40,540 nucleotides of DNA. It comes from Minisyncoccota bacterium (GTDB lineage Bacteria; Patescibacteriota; Minisyncoccia; Phycocordibacterales; Zambryskibacteraceae). Location: assembly GCA_036584645.1 (NCBI GenBank), contig DATEAC010000005.1, positions 1-40,540 on the forward strand, in the 5' to 3' direction. Under the pieces are notes generated by a model. The model was not told the origin of the DNA and searched no databases. It was given only the letters and a program-made list of their open reading frames with translations. The position numbers and the translations under genes were made by a program. Shown piece after piece: positions 32,609 through 40,540 of the stretch. Each line of letters starts with the position of its first letter. Position 1 is the stretch's first letter.

Positions 32609-32935
32609 AAAAATATGGGCATACAAAAGCCGCGAGAGTTACGATCTGTATCTTCCGAGTTTCCACTTCCCGGAAGGAGGACTCTGCAGAAGTCCTCATA
32701 ACAGATCTCTCGCGGCTGGCCAGAGGTTTCAGGTATCGCCCGTCGGCGGAAGAGATTTGCCAGTCTCACTTACCCGGCCCTGAATACTAACAGTTGCAAG
32801 CCTGAAACGCAAGTAATCCGTTAAGAGACTAGACAAAAAAAGCGGGGTGGTTTATACTCTCCGATACCTCGAAAGATTGAGTAATGGTATCCGGGGGTGG
32901 GCGAGGAGAGGGCTCTCCCTCTCGCAGATTTATTT
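32609..32935. other. GC-enriched, highly structured non-coding segment (candidate unclassified ncRNA or rpoB leader/attenuator; strand unresolved)
   Basis: An 88-nt hairpin at 32629-32716 (10+6 bp closing stem with a TTACG bulge) contains a 7-bp hairpin at 32677-32697. Further stems: 32863-32868 / 32886-32891 and 32906-32912 / 32917-32923, the last followed by AGATTTATTT. No credible ORF is present. Confidence 0.35.
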
Positions 32936-33011
32936 AAAGAATCAAAGATTAGCAACTAAAACCGAATCCTTTTAAAAAGGGAACGGACGTTTGTTTTTGG
33001 GTCAGTTTTTT

Positions 33012-36000
33012 ATGCATAATCCAACCAAAGAAAGGCTCGCAGTCGGAGCGAGCCCCAAAAAAGTCTTCGGAAAATACAAAAAGCCTCTAGTGGAGGTTCC
33101 TAACCTCGTGGAAGTTCAGACCAAAAGCTTCAACTGGTTCTTGAAAGAAGGTCTTAAGGAAGTCTTTGAAGAATTCAAAACCATCAAGGATTTCACCGGC
33201 AAGAAATTTGAACTGCAATTCATTTCTTTTGAATTAGCCGAGCCCAAAAATGACGAGTATTTCGCCAAAGACCAAAAGACTTCTTTTGAAACCCCACTCA
33301 AAGCAAAAGTCAGATTAAAAAATCTTCACTTGGGCAGTACCAAGGAACAGGAGATTTTTATGGCGGACATGCCTTTAATGACCCCTCACGGCACTTTTAT
33401 TATCTCGGGCATTGAGCGTGTTATTGTGCCTCAACTTGCCCGTTCCTATGGTGTGTTTTTCACGGCGGCCGAGCTTCGCGGTAAAAAATATTTCGGAGCT
33501 AAAATTATTCCCTCGCGCGGCGCTTGGCTTGAGTTTGAAACTGATGCTGAAGGCGTTATTTATGTCCGCATAGACAAGAAAAGAAAGTTTCCCGTAACGA
33601 TTCTTCTTCGCGCTCTTGGCGCTTCGGCAGACGCCGAAATAAAAAAGCTGTTTTCCAAGGTGGATGGCGCTTCTCATTTTCTAACCAAAACTCTTGCCAA
33701 AGACCACACCAAGTCGGCGGACGAAGCCCACGTTGAGGTTCATAAACGTCTTCGCGACGGTGATTTGGCGACTGTTGAAAATGCTCGTGAGTTTGTAAAA
33801 TCAATTTTTACCGCCGAGCGTTACGACCTCTCAAGGGTTGGCAGGTACAGATTTAATAATCGTTTTCATAAAAAAACGGACGGCCCCGAGGGCGAGCAGA
33901 AGACTCTTTCTCTTTCTGATTTGCAAACCATTATTTCACACATCATTCATTTAAATACTACTGCCGGCTCTCATGAAGATGACATTGACCACCTGGGCTC
34001 TCGCCGAGTCCGTTCCGTCGGCGAACTTTTTCAGCAGAAAATCCGAGTGGGAATGTCACAAATAAAAAGAAATATTCAGAACAGGATGTCCGTTGTTGAT
34101 ACCGACGTCACTCTACCGGTTCAATTTATCTCTCCCAAGCCTCTTCAGGCTCGTATCAAGGAGTTCTTTACCACCAACCAGCTTTCACAGTTTATGCAGC
34201 AGGAAAACGCCCTGACTGAAATTGAACACTTGCGAACTCTTTCGGCCTTGGGCCCCGGCGGTCTTAGCCGCACCCGCGCGGGTTTTGAAGTGCGCGATGT
34301 CCACCCTTCTCACTATGGTCGTTTGTGCCCCATTCATACCCCCGAAGGCCCAAACATTGGTTTGATTTTACGTCTCACTGTTTATGCGAGAGTAAATGAT
34401 TTTGGCATGATTGAAACCCCCTATGTGAAAGTGCATGAGGGCAAACTAACGGGAGAAATTGTTTATCTTAACGCGCAGGAGGAAGAAGAATATTTCGTCG
34501 CTCACGCAGCCACCTCAGTTGATGAAAATGGTGTCATTGTTCCGTCCGTCGTTGAGGTTAGACACCGCGGCAAACCAGCCACGGCTCCGAGAAAAGAAGT
34601 TTCTTACATGGACGTTGCCAGCAATCAGGCTTTTTCAATCGCCACCTCCATGATTCCGTTTTTGAATCATGACGATGCAACCAGAGCTCTGATGGGTTCC
34701 AATATGCAAAAACAGGCCACTCCCTGCATTTTGCCTGAAGCGCCGTTGGTTGCCACCGGTGTTGAGGAGCAAGCGGTCAGAGATACGGGGAGACTCATTA
34801 TTGCCGAAGAAGCGGGTACGGTTTCTTACGTTGATGGCAAGCATATAAAAGTAAAAAATGACAAAGGCAAGGAAAAAGATTACAGATTGATAACTTTTTC
34901 AAGGACGAACGGTTTTACCATTTTTCATCAGCGTCCCATTGTCTCTTTGGGCGACCGGGTGAAGAGGGGACAGGTAATTGCCGACACTTCCACATCAGAC
35001 AACGGTCAGATGGCTCTCGGCCAGAATGTATTGATGGCTTTTATGTCTTGGTCAGGTTGGAATTATGAAGACGCCATTGTTGTCTCTGAAAGACTGGTGC
35101 GCAACAGCAAGTTTACTTCCATTCATATTGAAGAATTTGTGGTCAATGTTCGCGACACCAAACTTGGTCCGGAAGTGACTACTTGCGATATTCCGAATGT
35201 TGGAGAAGCAAAACTCAAAAACTTGGCTGAAGACGGAGTGGTGCGCGTGGGAGCGGAGGTAAGGCCGGGAGATATTCTGGTGGGGAAAATTACACCAAAA
35301 GGCGAATCGCAACTCACGCCGGAAGAAAGACTCTTGAGGTCTCTTTTCGGCGAGAAGGCCCGTGATGTCAAAGACACTTCAAAAAGAATGGAGGGGGGCA
35401 AAAGAGGCAGAGTGGTTTCGGTGCAGATTTTCTCCAGAGAAAAAGGAGACAAACTGGAGTCGGGAATTCTAAAGAGGATTCACATTGAGGTTGCTCAATT
35501 GCGCTCGGTGACGGTTGGCGATAAATTGGCCGGTCGTCATGGCAACAAAGGGGTCATTTCAAGAATTTTGCCCGTTGAAGACATGCCTTACATGGCCGAT
35601 GGCACCCCCATTGACGTTATCTTAACGCCCCTTGGCGTGCCCTCGCGCATGAACTTGGGTCAGATTCTTGAAATGCATTTAGGGCTTGCGGCGCACACTC
35701 TGAATTATCAGGCAATTGTTCCTCCATTTGCCGGCGCAACGGACATTGAAATTAAAAACGAGCTTAAAGCCGCCGGCTTTCCGGAATCCGGCAAAGTGAA
35801 ACTCTTTGACGGCCACACCGGCATGTCTTTTGAGCAGGACATTGCCATTGGCTACATGTATATCTTGAAACTTCACCACATGGTGGAAGACAAAATTCAT
35901 ATGCGGTCAATCGGCCCGTATTCTTTGATTACCCAACAACCTTTAGGCGGTAAAGCGCAAAACGGAGGCCAAAGATTTGGGGAAATGGAAGTCTGGGCGC

Positions 36001-36230
36001 TTCTCGGTTACGGCGCCGCTTACACTTTGCGTGAGATGCTTACCATAAAATCTGACGATATTGCCGGGCGCTCGGCCGCTTTTGATGCCATTGTCAAAAA
36101 CGAGCGCATGAGAAATCCCGGCATTCCAGCCTCATTCAACGTCTTGCTTCATAACCTGCGAGGGCTTGGTCTTGACATTATTCTCAAGAAAACCGGCCAA
36201 AGAAACAAAGATGAGAACACAGACTTCTAA
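33012..36230 (+). CDS. rpoB: DNA-directed RNA polymerase subunit beta
   Basis: Start is ATG 33012 or TTG 32991. Contains the typical rpoB blocks (FMDQNNPLSE-type region seen as FMQQENALTE, GRHGNKGVIS, NLGQILEMHLG, GGQRFGEMEVWAL). Confidence 0.95.
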   Translation: MHNPTKERLAVGASPKKVFGKYKKPLVEVPNLVEVQTKSFNWFLKEGLKEVFEEFKTIKDFTGKKFELQFISFELAEPKNDEYFAKDQKTSFETPLKAKVRLKNLHLGSTKEQEIFMADMPLMTPHGTFIISGIERVIVPQLARSYGVFFTAAELRGKKYFGAKIIPSRGAWLEFETDAEGVIYVRIDKKRKFPVTILLRALGASADAEIKKLFSKVDGASHFLTKTLAKDHTKSADEAHVEVHKRLRDGDLATVENAREFVKSIFTAERYDLSRVGRYRFNNRFHKKTDGPEGEQKTLSLSDLQTIISHIIHLNTTAGSHEDDIDHLGSRRVRSVGELFQQKIRVGMSQIKRNIQNRMSVVDTDVTLPVQFISPKPLQARIKEFFTTNQLSQFMQQENALTEIEHLRTLSALGPGGLSRTRAGFEVRDVHPSHYGRLCPIHTPEGPNIGLILRLTVYARVNDFGMIETPYVKVHEGKLTGEIVYLNAQEEEEYFVAHAATSVDENGVIVPSVVEVRHRGKPATAPRKEVSYMDVASNQAFSIATSMIPFLNHDDATRALMGSNMQKQATPCILPEAPLVATGVEEQAVRDTGRLIIAEEAGTVSYVDGKHIKVKNDKGKEKDYRLITFSRTNGFTIFHQRPIVSLGDRVKRGQVIADTSTSDNGQMALGQNVLMAFMSWSGWNYEDAIVVSERLVRNSKFTSIHIEEFVVNVRDTKLGPEVTTCDIPNVGEAKLKNLAEDGVVRVGAEVRPGDILVGKITPKGESQLTPEERLLRSLFGEKARDVKDTSKRMEGGKRGRVVSVQIFSREKGDKLESGILKRIHIEVAQLRSVTVGDKLAGRHGNKGVISRILPVEDMPYMADGTPIDVILTPLGVPSRMNLGQILEMHLGLAAHTLNYQAIVPPFAGATDIEIKNELKAAGFPESGKVKLFDGHTGMSFEQDIAIGYMYILKLHHMVEDKIHMRSIGPYSLITQQPLGGKAQNGGQRFGEMEVWALLGYGAAYTLREMLTIKSDDIAGRSAAFDAIVKNERMRNPGIPASFNVLLHNLRGLGLDIILKKTGQRNKDENTDF

Positions 36231-36234
36231 CGGG

Positions 36235-39200
36235 ATGAATATTAAAACCCAAAAAGATTATCAATCAACCGATTTCGACACCATCCAGTTGAAGCTCACT
36301 TCTCCTGACCGCATCAGGGAGTGGTCGTACGGGGAAGTCACCAAGCCGGAAACAATCAATTACCGAACCCAGAGGAGCGAACGCAACGGTTTGTTTGACG
36401 AGAAAATCTTCGGGCCGGATAAAGATTTTGAATGTTACTGCGGAAAATACCGAGGCATTCGCTACAAAGGCATCATTTGCGAAAAATGCGGCGTTGAGAT
36501 TACCCGTTCCATTGTCCGCAGAGAAAGAATGGGCCACATTGAGCTTGCCGCTCCGGTTTGTCATATTTGGTTTTTGAAATCAATGCCGTCAAGACTTGCC
36601 CTCATCACCGGCATACTTTCAAATGAACTGGAAAAAGTCATTTATTTTGCCGGTTATATTGTCACAAAGGTAAATGAAGGAGAAAAAACCCGCATCTTAA
36701 AAGATTTGGAATCGGAATTTAAAGCGAAAGTAAAATCCTTGCAGGACGAAAAAAGCAAAGAGCACATGAGAGAATTATTTGGGGCGACAAAGAAGGACAT
36801 TGAGTCTATTCACGCCGGCAAAGTTCTTGATGAGATTCAATACCACAACTTTGCCATGAAATACGCGACCCTTTTTGAAGCAAGCATTGGCTCCGAACCT
36901 TTGTATGAGATTCTTAAAAACATTGATTTGAAAAAACTTTTGGCGGAGCTTGAGAGCTCTCTGGTCAAAGCAGGAACGGCGGAGACAGCGAAACTCACAA
37001 AAAGAATTTCATTGGTGCACCAGCTAATCTTGAACGGCATTAGGCCGGAGTGGATGTTTTTGACCCGGATTCCGGTTATTCCGCCGGCTCTTCGCCCCAT
37101 GGTGCCTTTGGATGGAGGCAGGTATGCCACCTCTGATGTCAATGATTTGTACCGCCGCGTCATAAATCGCAACAATCGCTTGAAAAAGTTGAAAGAGATT
37201 AATGCTCCGGACGTGATACTGCGCAATGAAAAAAGAATCCTTCAGGAAGCGGTAGACGCCCTGATTGACAATTCAATAAGGCACTCCGGCGGCGCGGGCG
37301 CGGTTAACCAAAGCCAGCGTCGTCCACTCAAATCTTTGGCTGACAATCTTAAGGGCAAACGAGGTCTCTTCCGTCAAAATCTTTTGGGCAAGCGCGTGGA
37401 TTATTCCGGACGCTCGGTCATAATTGTCGGTCCCGAACTTGAGCTCAATGAATGCGGCCTGCCCAAACACATGGCTTTGGAGCTTTTTAAGCCGTTTGTT
37501 ATCGCGGAATTATTGAAACGGGAACTTGCTTATAACATTAGGGGGGCAGGCCGCTTGATTGAAGAAGGCATCTCGGAAGTCTGGGCCATTCTTGAGGAAA
37601 TAATTAAAGACAAATACGTGCTTCTTAATCGCGCCCCAACCCTTCACCGTCTCTCCATCCAGGCCTTCAAGCCGGTTCTTATTGAAGGTAGCGCCATTCA
37701 AATACATCCGCTGGTCTGCACCGCTTTCAACGCCGACTTTGACGGCGACCAAATGGCTGTTCACGTGCCGCTTAGTCCGGAGGCCCAGCTTGAAGCAAAA
37801 ACCATTATGGCTTCTAACATAAACATTCTCAAGCCGGGTTCTGGAGACCCGACCGTCATTGCGAAACTTTTGGATGTGGTTCTCGGAGCTTATTGGATGA
37901 CCAAGATTGTTGAGGGGGAATCCGGAGAAGGCAAAGCGTTTTCAACTCCCAACAGCGCGCTCATCGCCTATGATTTCGGCGAGATATCAATGCGCGCCAA
38001 AATAAAAGTAATGGCTTCCAACAAACCAAAATACAAAGGGTTTGAAGGACAGCTTTTTGAAACATCTGTCGGCAGACTTTTGTTTAACTCCGTTCTTCCG
38101 GACGATTATCCGTTTGTTAATTCAGAAATTGACAGAAAGAAAATGTCTGTCATGGTTGAAAATCTGATATCTCTATATGGCATCGAAAGAATTCCCGCCA
38201 TTCTTGACAAGATAAAAAATTTCTCATTTCGCTACGCTCTTCGCTCCGGTGTTACGTGGGGAATAGACGACGTCAAAATACCTCTCGGCAAAGGCGTCGT
38301 GGTTGAAGCCGCTCTGAAGAAAGCTCAAGTAATTCGTGAAGAGTTTGAACAAGGTCTTATTTCCGGAGAAGAGCGTTTGGAAAAACACACCGAAATCTGG
38401 CAGGCCGCCAAAGGAGAAGTGGAAAAACTTTTGCCTCCAACCCTCAAAAAAACCGATTCCGTGCACGACATGATTCAGTCCGGAGCCAGAGGCTCATGGT
38501 CAAACATTACCCAAATGGTTGGCATGAAAGGTCTCATCACCAATACTCAAGGCGAAACTATTGAATTTCCCATCATTTCCTGCATGAAGGAGGGTTTGAC
38601 TCCCATTGAATATTTCATTACCACTCACGGTTCTCGCAAAGGTCTTACCGATACCGCCCTGAACACCGCCAAGGCGGGTTACTTAACCCGCAAGCTCTTT
38701 GATGTTTCGCAGGACATTGTCATTATGGAATCTGACTGCGGAACAAAAACAGGCATTCGCATCGGGAGAGAATCGGCTTCAGGGATTGAATTATCCTTGG
38801 TTAAAGTTCTCAAAGGCAGATTTCTGGCGGAAGACATCATTGACCAAGAGGACCGAACGGTATACAAAAAAGGCCATCTCATGACAAAAGTTGACGCCGA
38901 AAAAGTGACGGCAATGGGCGTCAAAGACGTGTCGGTTCGCTCTCCCATGACTTGTGAGTTAATTAAAGGCATTTGCCAGAAATGTTACGGCGCTGATTTG
39001 GGTAAAAACGAGCTTATTGATTTGGGAGAAGCGGTTGGCACGGTGGCGGCCCAAGCGATTGGAGAGCCGGGCACCCAGCTCACCATGAGAACATTTCATG
39101 CCGGAGGCATCGCATCTGTCGGAGGCGACATAACCCAAGGCTTGCCGCGCGTGGAAGAACTTTTTGAAAATCGCACTCCGAAAAATCCGGCGGTTATCGC

Positions 39201-39921
39201 GCATATTGACGGCACCATCACAGAGTTGAAAAAAGACGGAACGGAACGCACCATTACTCTAATACCTCCGCACAAATCAACCAAAGCCGACAAGGTTGAA
39301 TACCCCGTTCCTCCTCATCGAGTGATTCTCGTAAAACCGGGCGACAAAGTAAACAAAGGCGATCTATTGACCGATGGTTCCGCCGATTTAGACGAGCTTT
39401 TTGAATATGCCAACAAGGAAAAAACGCAAGAATACCTTATCAGAGAAATCTCAAAGATTTATGAACTTCAGGGCGAGGCGGTTTCGCGCAAACACATGGA
39501 AGTCATTCTCAAGCAAATGTTTTCCAGAAGAAAGGTTACGGATGCCGGCGACACGGAGTTTTCCAAGGGCGACGTGGTTGAACACGAAGAACTTTTAGAG
39601 GCCAATGCAAAAATGAGAGAAGCTAACAAAACCGAAGCAAAAGGCGAGGAACTTTTGATGGGAATAACGGAGGTGGCCTTGTCGCGAAAAAGTGTTTTGT
39701 CAGCCGCTTCCTTCCAGCATACGACTCGGGTTCTTATCTCAAACGCTCTGCGCGCCAAAGACGATAAATTGGCCGGCCTCAAAGAAAATGTCATTATAGG
39801 CCGATTGATTCCGGCCGGTACCGGCTTCCTCGGAAGCAAAAAACGAGAGGCGATAGAAAGACTCCAAAAAGAACTTGACGAAAGAATTGTGCCGGAAATG
39901 GAAGTTAGATTAGATACTTAG
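36235..39921 (+). CDS. rpoC: DNA-directed RNA polymerase subunit beta'
   Basis: Zn finger YCGKYRGIRYKGIICEKCGVE, catalytic NADFDGDQMAVH, and the trigger-loop region. The ATG at 36235 is preferred (5 nt after the rpoB stop); the alternative ATG 36211 overlaps rpoB by 20 nt. Confidence 0.93.
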   Translation: MNIKTQKDYQSTDFDTIQLKLTSPDRIREWSYGEVTKPETINYRTQRSERNGLFDEKIFGPDKDFECYCGKYRGIRYKGIICEKCGVEITRSIVRRERMGHIELAAPVCHIWFLKSMPSRLALITGILSNELEKVIYFAGYIVTKVNEGEKTRILKDLESEFKAKVKSLQDEKSKEHMRELFGATKKDIESIHAGKVLDEIQYHNFAMKYATLFEASIGSEPLYEILKNIDLKKLLAELESSLVKAGTAETAKLTKRISLVHQLILNGIRPEWMFLTRIPVIPPALRPMVPLDGGRYATSDVNDLYRRVINRNNRLKKLKEINAPDVILRNEKRILQEAVDALIDNSIRHSGGAGAVNQSQRRPLKSLADNLKGKRGLFRQNLLGKRVDYSGRSVIIVGPELELNECGLPKHMALELFKPFVIAELLKRELAYNIRGAGRLIEEGISEVWAILEEIIKDKYVLLNRAPTLHRLSIQAFKPVLIEGSAIQIHPLVCTAFNADFDGDQMAVHVPLSPEAQLEAKTIMASNINILKPGSGDPTVIAKLLDVVLGAYWMTKIVEGESGEGKAFSTPNSALIAYDFGEISMRAKIKVMASNKPKYKGFEGQLFETSVGRLLFNSVLPDDYPFVNSEIDRKKMSVMVENLISLYGIERIPAILDKIKNFSFRYALRSGVTWGIDDVKIPLGKGVVVEAALKKAQVIREEFEQGLISGEERLEKHTEIWQAAKGEVEKLLPPTLKKTDSVHDMIQSGARGSWSNITQMVGMKGLITNTQGETIEFPIISCMKEGLTPIEYFITTHGSRKGLTDTALNTAKAGYLTRKLFDVSQDIVIMESDCGTKTGIRIGRESASGIELSLVKVLKGRFLAEDIIDQEDRTVYKKGHLMTKVDAEKVTAMGVKDVSVRSPMTCELIKGICQKCYGADLGKNELIDLGEAVGTVAAQAIGEPGTQLTMRTFHAGGIASVGGDITQGLPRVEELFENRTPKNPAVIAHIDGTITELKKDGTERTITLIPPHKSTKADKVEYPVPPHRVILVKPGDKVNKGDLLTDGSADLDELFEYANKEKTQEYLIREISKIYELQGEAVSRKHMEVILKQMFSRRKVTDAGDTEFSKGDVVEHEELLEANAKMREANKTEAKGEELLMGITEVALSRKSVLSAASFQHTTRVLISNALRAKDDKLAGLKENVIIGRLIPAGTGFLGSKKREAIERLQKELDERIVPEMEVRLDT

Positions 39922-39950
39922 AAAGTCCCCGCGGGGTAAAATGATACTCA

Positions 39951-40540
39951 ATGTCGCGTGAAGTAGAGCAAATAAAAGACCGCCTGGATATAGTTGAGGT
40001 TATCGGGCAATACGTGCCTCTTCAAAAGGCGGGGGCGAACTTCAAGGCCAACTGCCCGTTCCACAACGAAAAGACTCCGTCTTTTTTTGTCTCCCCCGCG
40101 CGCGGCTCTTATTATTGTTTTGGTTGCGGAGCCAAAGGGGATATCTTTACTTTCGTTGAGGAAACCGAAGGTTTGGATTTTCGCGGAGCGCTGGAGTTTT
40201 TGGCTCAAAAAGCCGGCGTGGAAATCACCAAAGTTTCTCCCAAGGTTCGTGAAGAAAATGATCGCACCCTCAAGGCCATTCAAGAAGCGGCGGATTATTT
40301 TCGGGAGCGCCTCTTAAAAGAAAAAAAAACTCTGGATTATTTATTAAAACGCGGACTTTCCAAAGAAATAATTGAGAAATTTTATTTGGGTTTTGCTCCG
40401 GCCGGCTGGCGAAATTTAAAAGAGTTCTTGACGGATAAAGGATTTGCGGAAAACGAATTGCTTCGTGCCGGATTGATAAAGAAAGGAGACGAAGCAAAAG
40501 AGTCGTACGATGTTTTTCGCGAACGAATAATTTTTCCTTT
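39951..40540 (+). CDS. dnaG: DNA primase, 3' end cut by window edge
   Basis: This frame is not in the supplied ORF track because it has no stop in the window. I translated it by hand: MSREVEQIKDRLDIVEVIGQYVPLQKAGANFKANCPFHNEKTPSFFVSPARGSYYCFGCGAKGD... It carries the CHC2 zinc finger and is open to the window end. Confidence 0.9.
   Translation, partial: MSREVEQIKDRLDIVEVIGQYVPLQKAGANFKANCPFHNEKTPSFFVSPARGSYYCFGCGAKGDIFTFVEETEGLDFRGALEFLAQKAGVEITKVSPKVREENDRTLKAIQEAADYFRERLLKEKKTLDYLLKRGLSKEIIEKFYLGFAPAGWRNLKEFLTDKGFAENELLRAGLIKKGDEAKESYDVFRERIIFP

Noticed and set aside
32670-32678. CCGGAAGGA, identical to 9 nt of the SRP RNA domain IV apex (GUCCGGAAGGAAGCAGC)
   Set aside because: The essential 3' AGCA symmetric-loop residues are missing (GGACUC instead). 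The stem below the GGAA loop has a C-A mismatch, and the surrounding fold is not a single long SRP-type hairpin.
32337-32769. Track ORFs 32337-32567 (+, 76 aa) and 32548-32769 (-, 73 aa) in the trmD-rpoB gap
   Set aside because: The first is an out-of-frame read of the trmD 3' end. The second runs through the hairpin-rich region and has no start context or family resemblance. Both are better explained as chance ORFs in structured non-coding DNA.
32609-32935. RNase P RNA, tmRNA, T-box, TPP riboswitch or an rplS pseudogene as explanations for the structured gap
   Set aside because: There is no GGAAAGUCC / ACAGAACCCGGCUUA P4 pair on either strand. There is no tRNA-like 3' end (GGUUCGAAUCC...CCA) or tag ORF. 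GGGGUGGUUUAU only loosely resembles the T-box AGGGUGGUACCGCG, and the downstream gene is not an aaRS. There is no CUGAGA/ACCUGAUCUGGAUAAUGCCAGCG. The three forward-frame translations showed nothing L19-like.
39925-39936. The CCCCGCGGGG palindrome after rpoC as a terminator
   Set aside because: It is a 10-bp palindrome with no loop and no following T tract. It overlaps the putative dnaG -10 region, so rpoC-dnaG read-through is more likely.
39948-40317. Track ORFs 39948-40283 (-, 111 aa) and 39994-40317 (+, 107 aa)
   Set aside because: Both overlap the frame starting at ATG 39951. That frame translates into an unmistakable DnaG CHC2 zinc-finger N-terminus and stays open to the window end, so the listed ORFs are off-frame or antisense artefacts.
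1-40540. An alternative genetic code (UGA as sense, code 4 or 25) as the reason for the near-absence of TGA stops
   Set aside because: Every gene is full length under the standard code and none needs read-through of an in-frame TGA. The domain-truncated proteins (thrS, smc, tsf) are bounded by neighbouring genes or are continuous ORFs, not split at TGA.
1-40540. CRISPR arrays, IS elements/transposases, integrases, phage genes, toxin-antitoxin or known defence systems
   Set aside because: I saw no spaced direct repeats and no transposase, recombinase or nuclease-helicase-type ORFs. All ORFs over 100 aa are accounted for by housekeeping or cell-envelope functions.

Overview
This 40.5 kb window is a densely packed, almost entirely housekeeping stretch. 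I call 37 CDS and one tRNA. The genome looks small and moderately AT-rich. By inference it fits a Patescibacteria/CPR-like lineage: split transketolase, domain-minimised core proteins, almost no Shine-Dalgarno sequences. Gene content: pentose-phosphate and glycolysis genes (rpe, split tkt, PfkB kinase, fba); ribosomal proteins (L25, L31, S2, L32, S16); prfA, tsf, tRNA-Thr(UGU); a processive GT2 glycosyltransferase plus a PEGA protein; pheS, thrS, gyrB, dnaE, rnhB, nusB, rnc, smc, rnr, dcd, trmD, rpoB, rpoC and dnaG (3' end cut by the window edge). No CRISPR array, IS element, prophage or recognisable defence locus was found. Points worth follow-up: (1) perfect palindromes of 36, 24 and 36 bp share the core TACGATATATCGTA; two bracket a TrpR/YerC-like HTH gene and one lies inside rpe. 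(2) The PheRS is single-chain and mitochondrial-type (FARS2-like). (3) The ThrRS lacks the TGS and editing domains. (4) NusB is fused to a Nudix domain, directly upstream of RNase III. (5) A ~58-60% GC cassette encodes a divergent Nudix-fold protein and is the only gene with a canonical SD. (6) SMC is 742 aa with no recognisable hinge. (7) -10-like hexamers sit 6-11 nt upstream of 17 start codons, suggesting leaderless mRNAs. (8) Stop codon usage is 16 TAA, 18 TAG and 1 TGA. (9) A 535 bp GC-enriched, highly structured non-coding region lies between trmD and rpoB, and I could not assign it to a known RNA family. All functional calls come from reading motifs in the translations; no database search was run.
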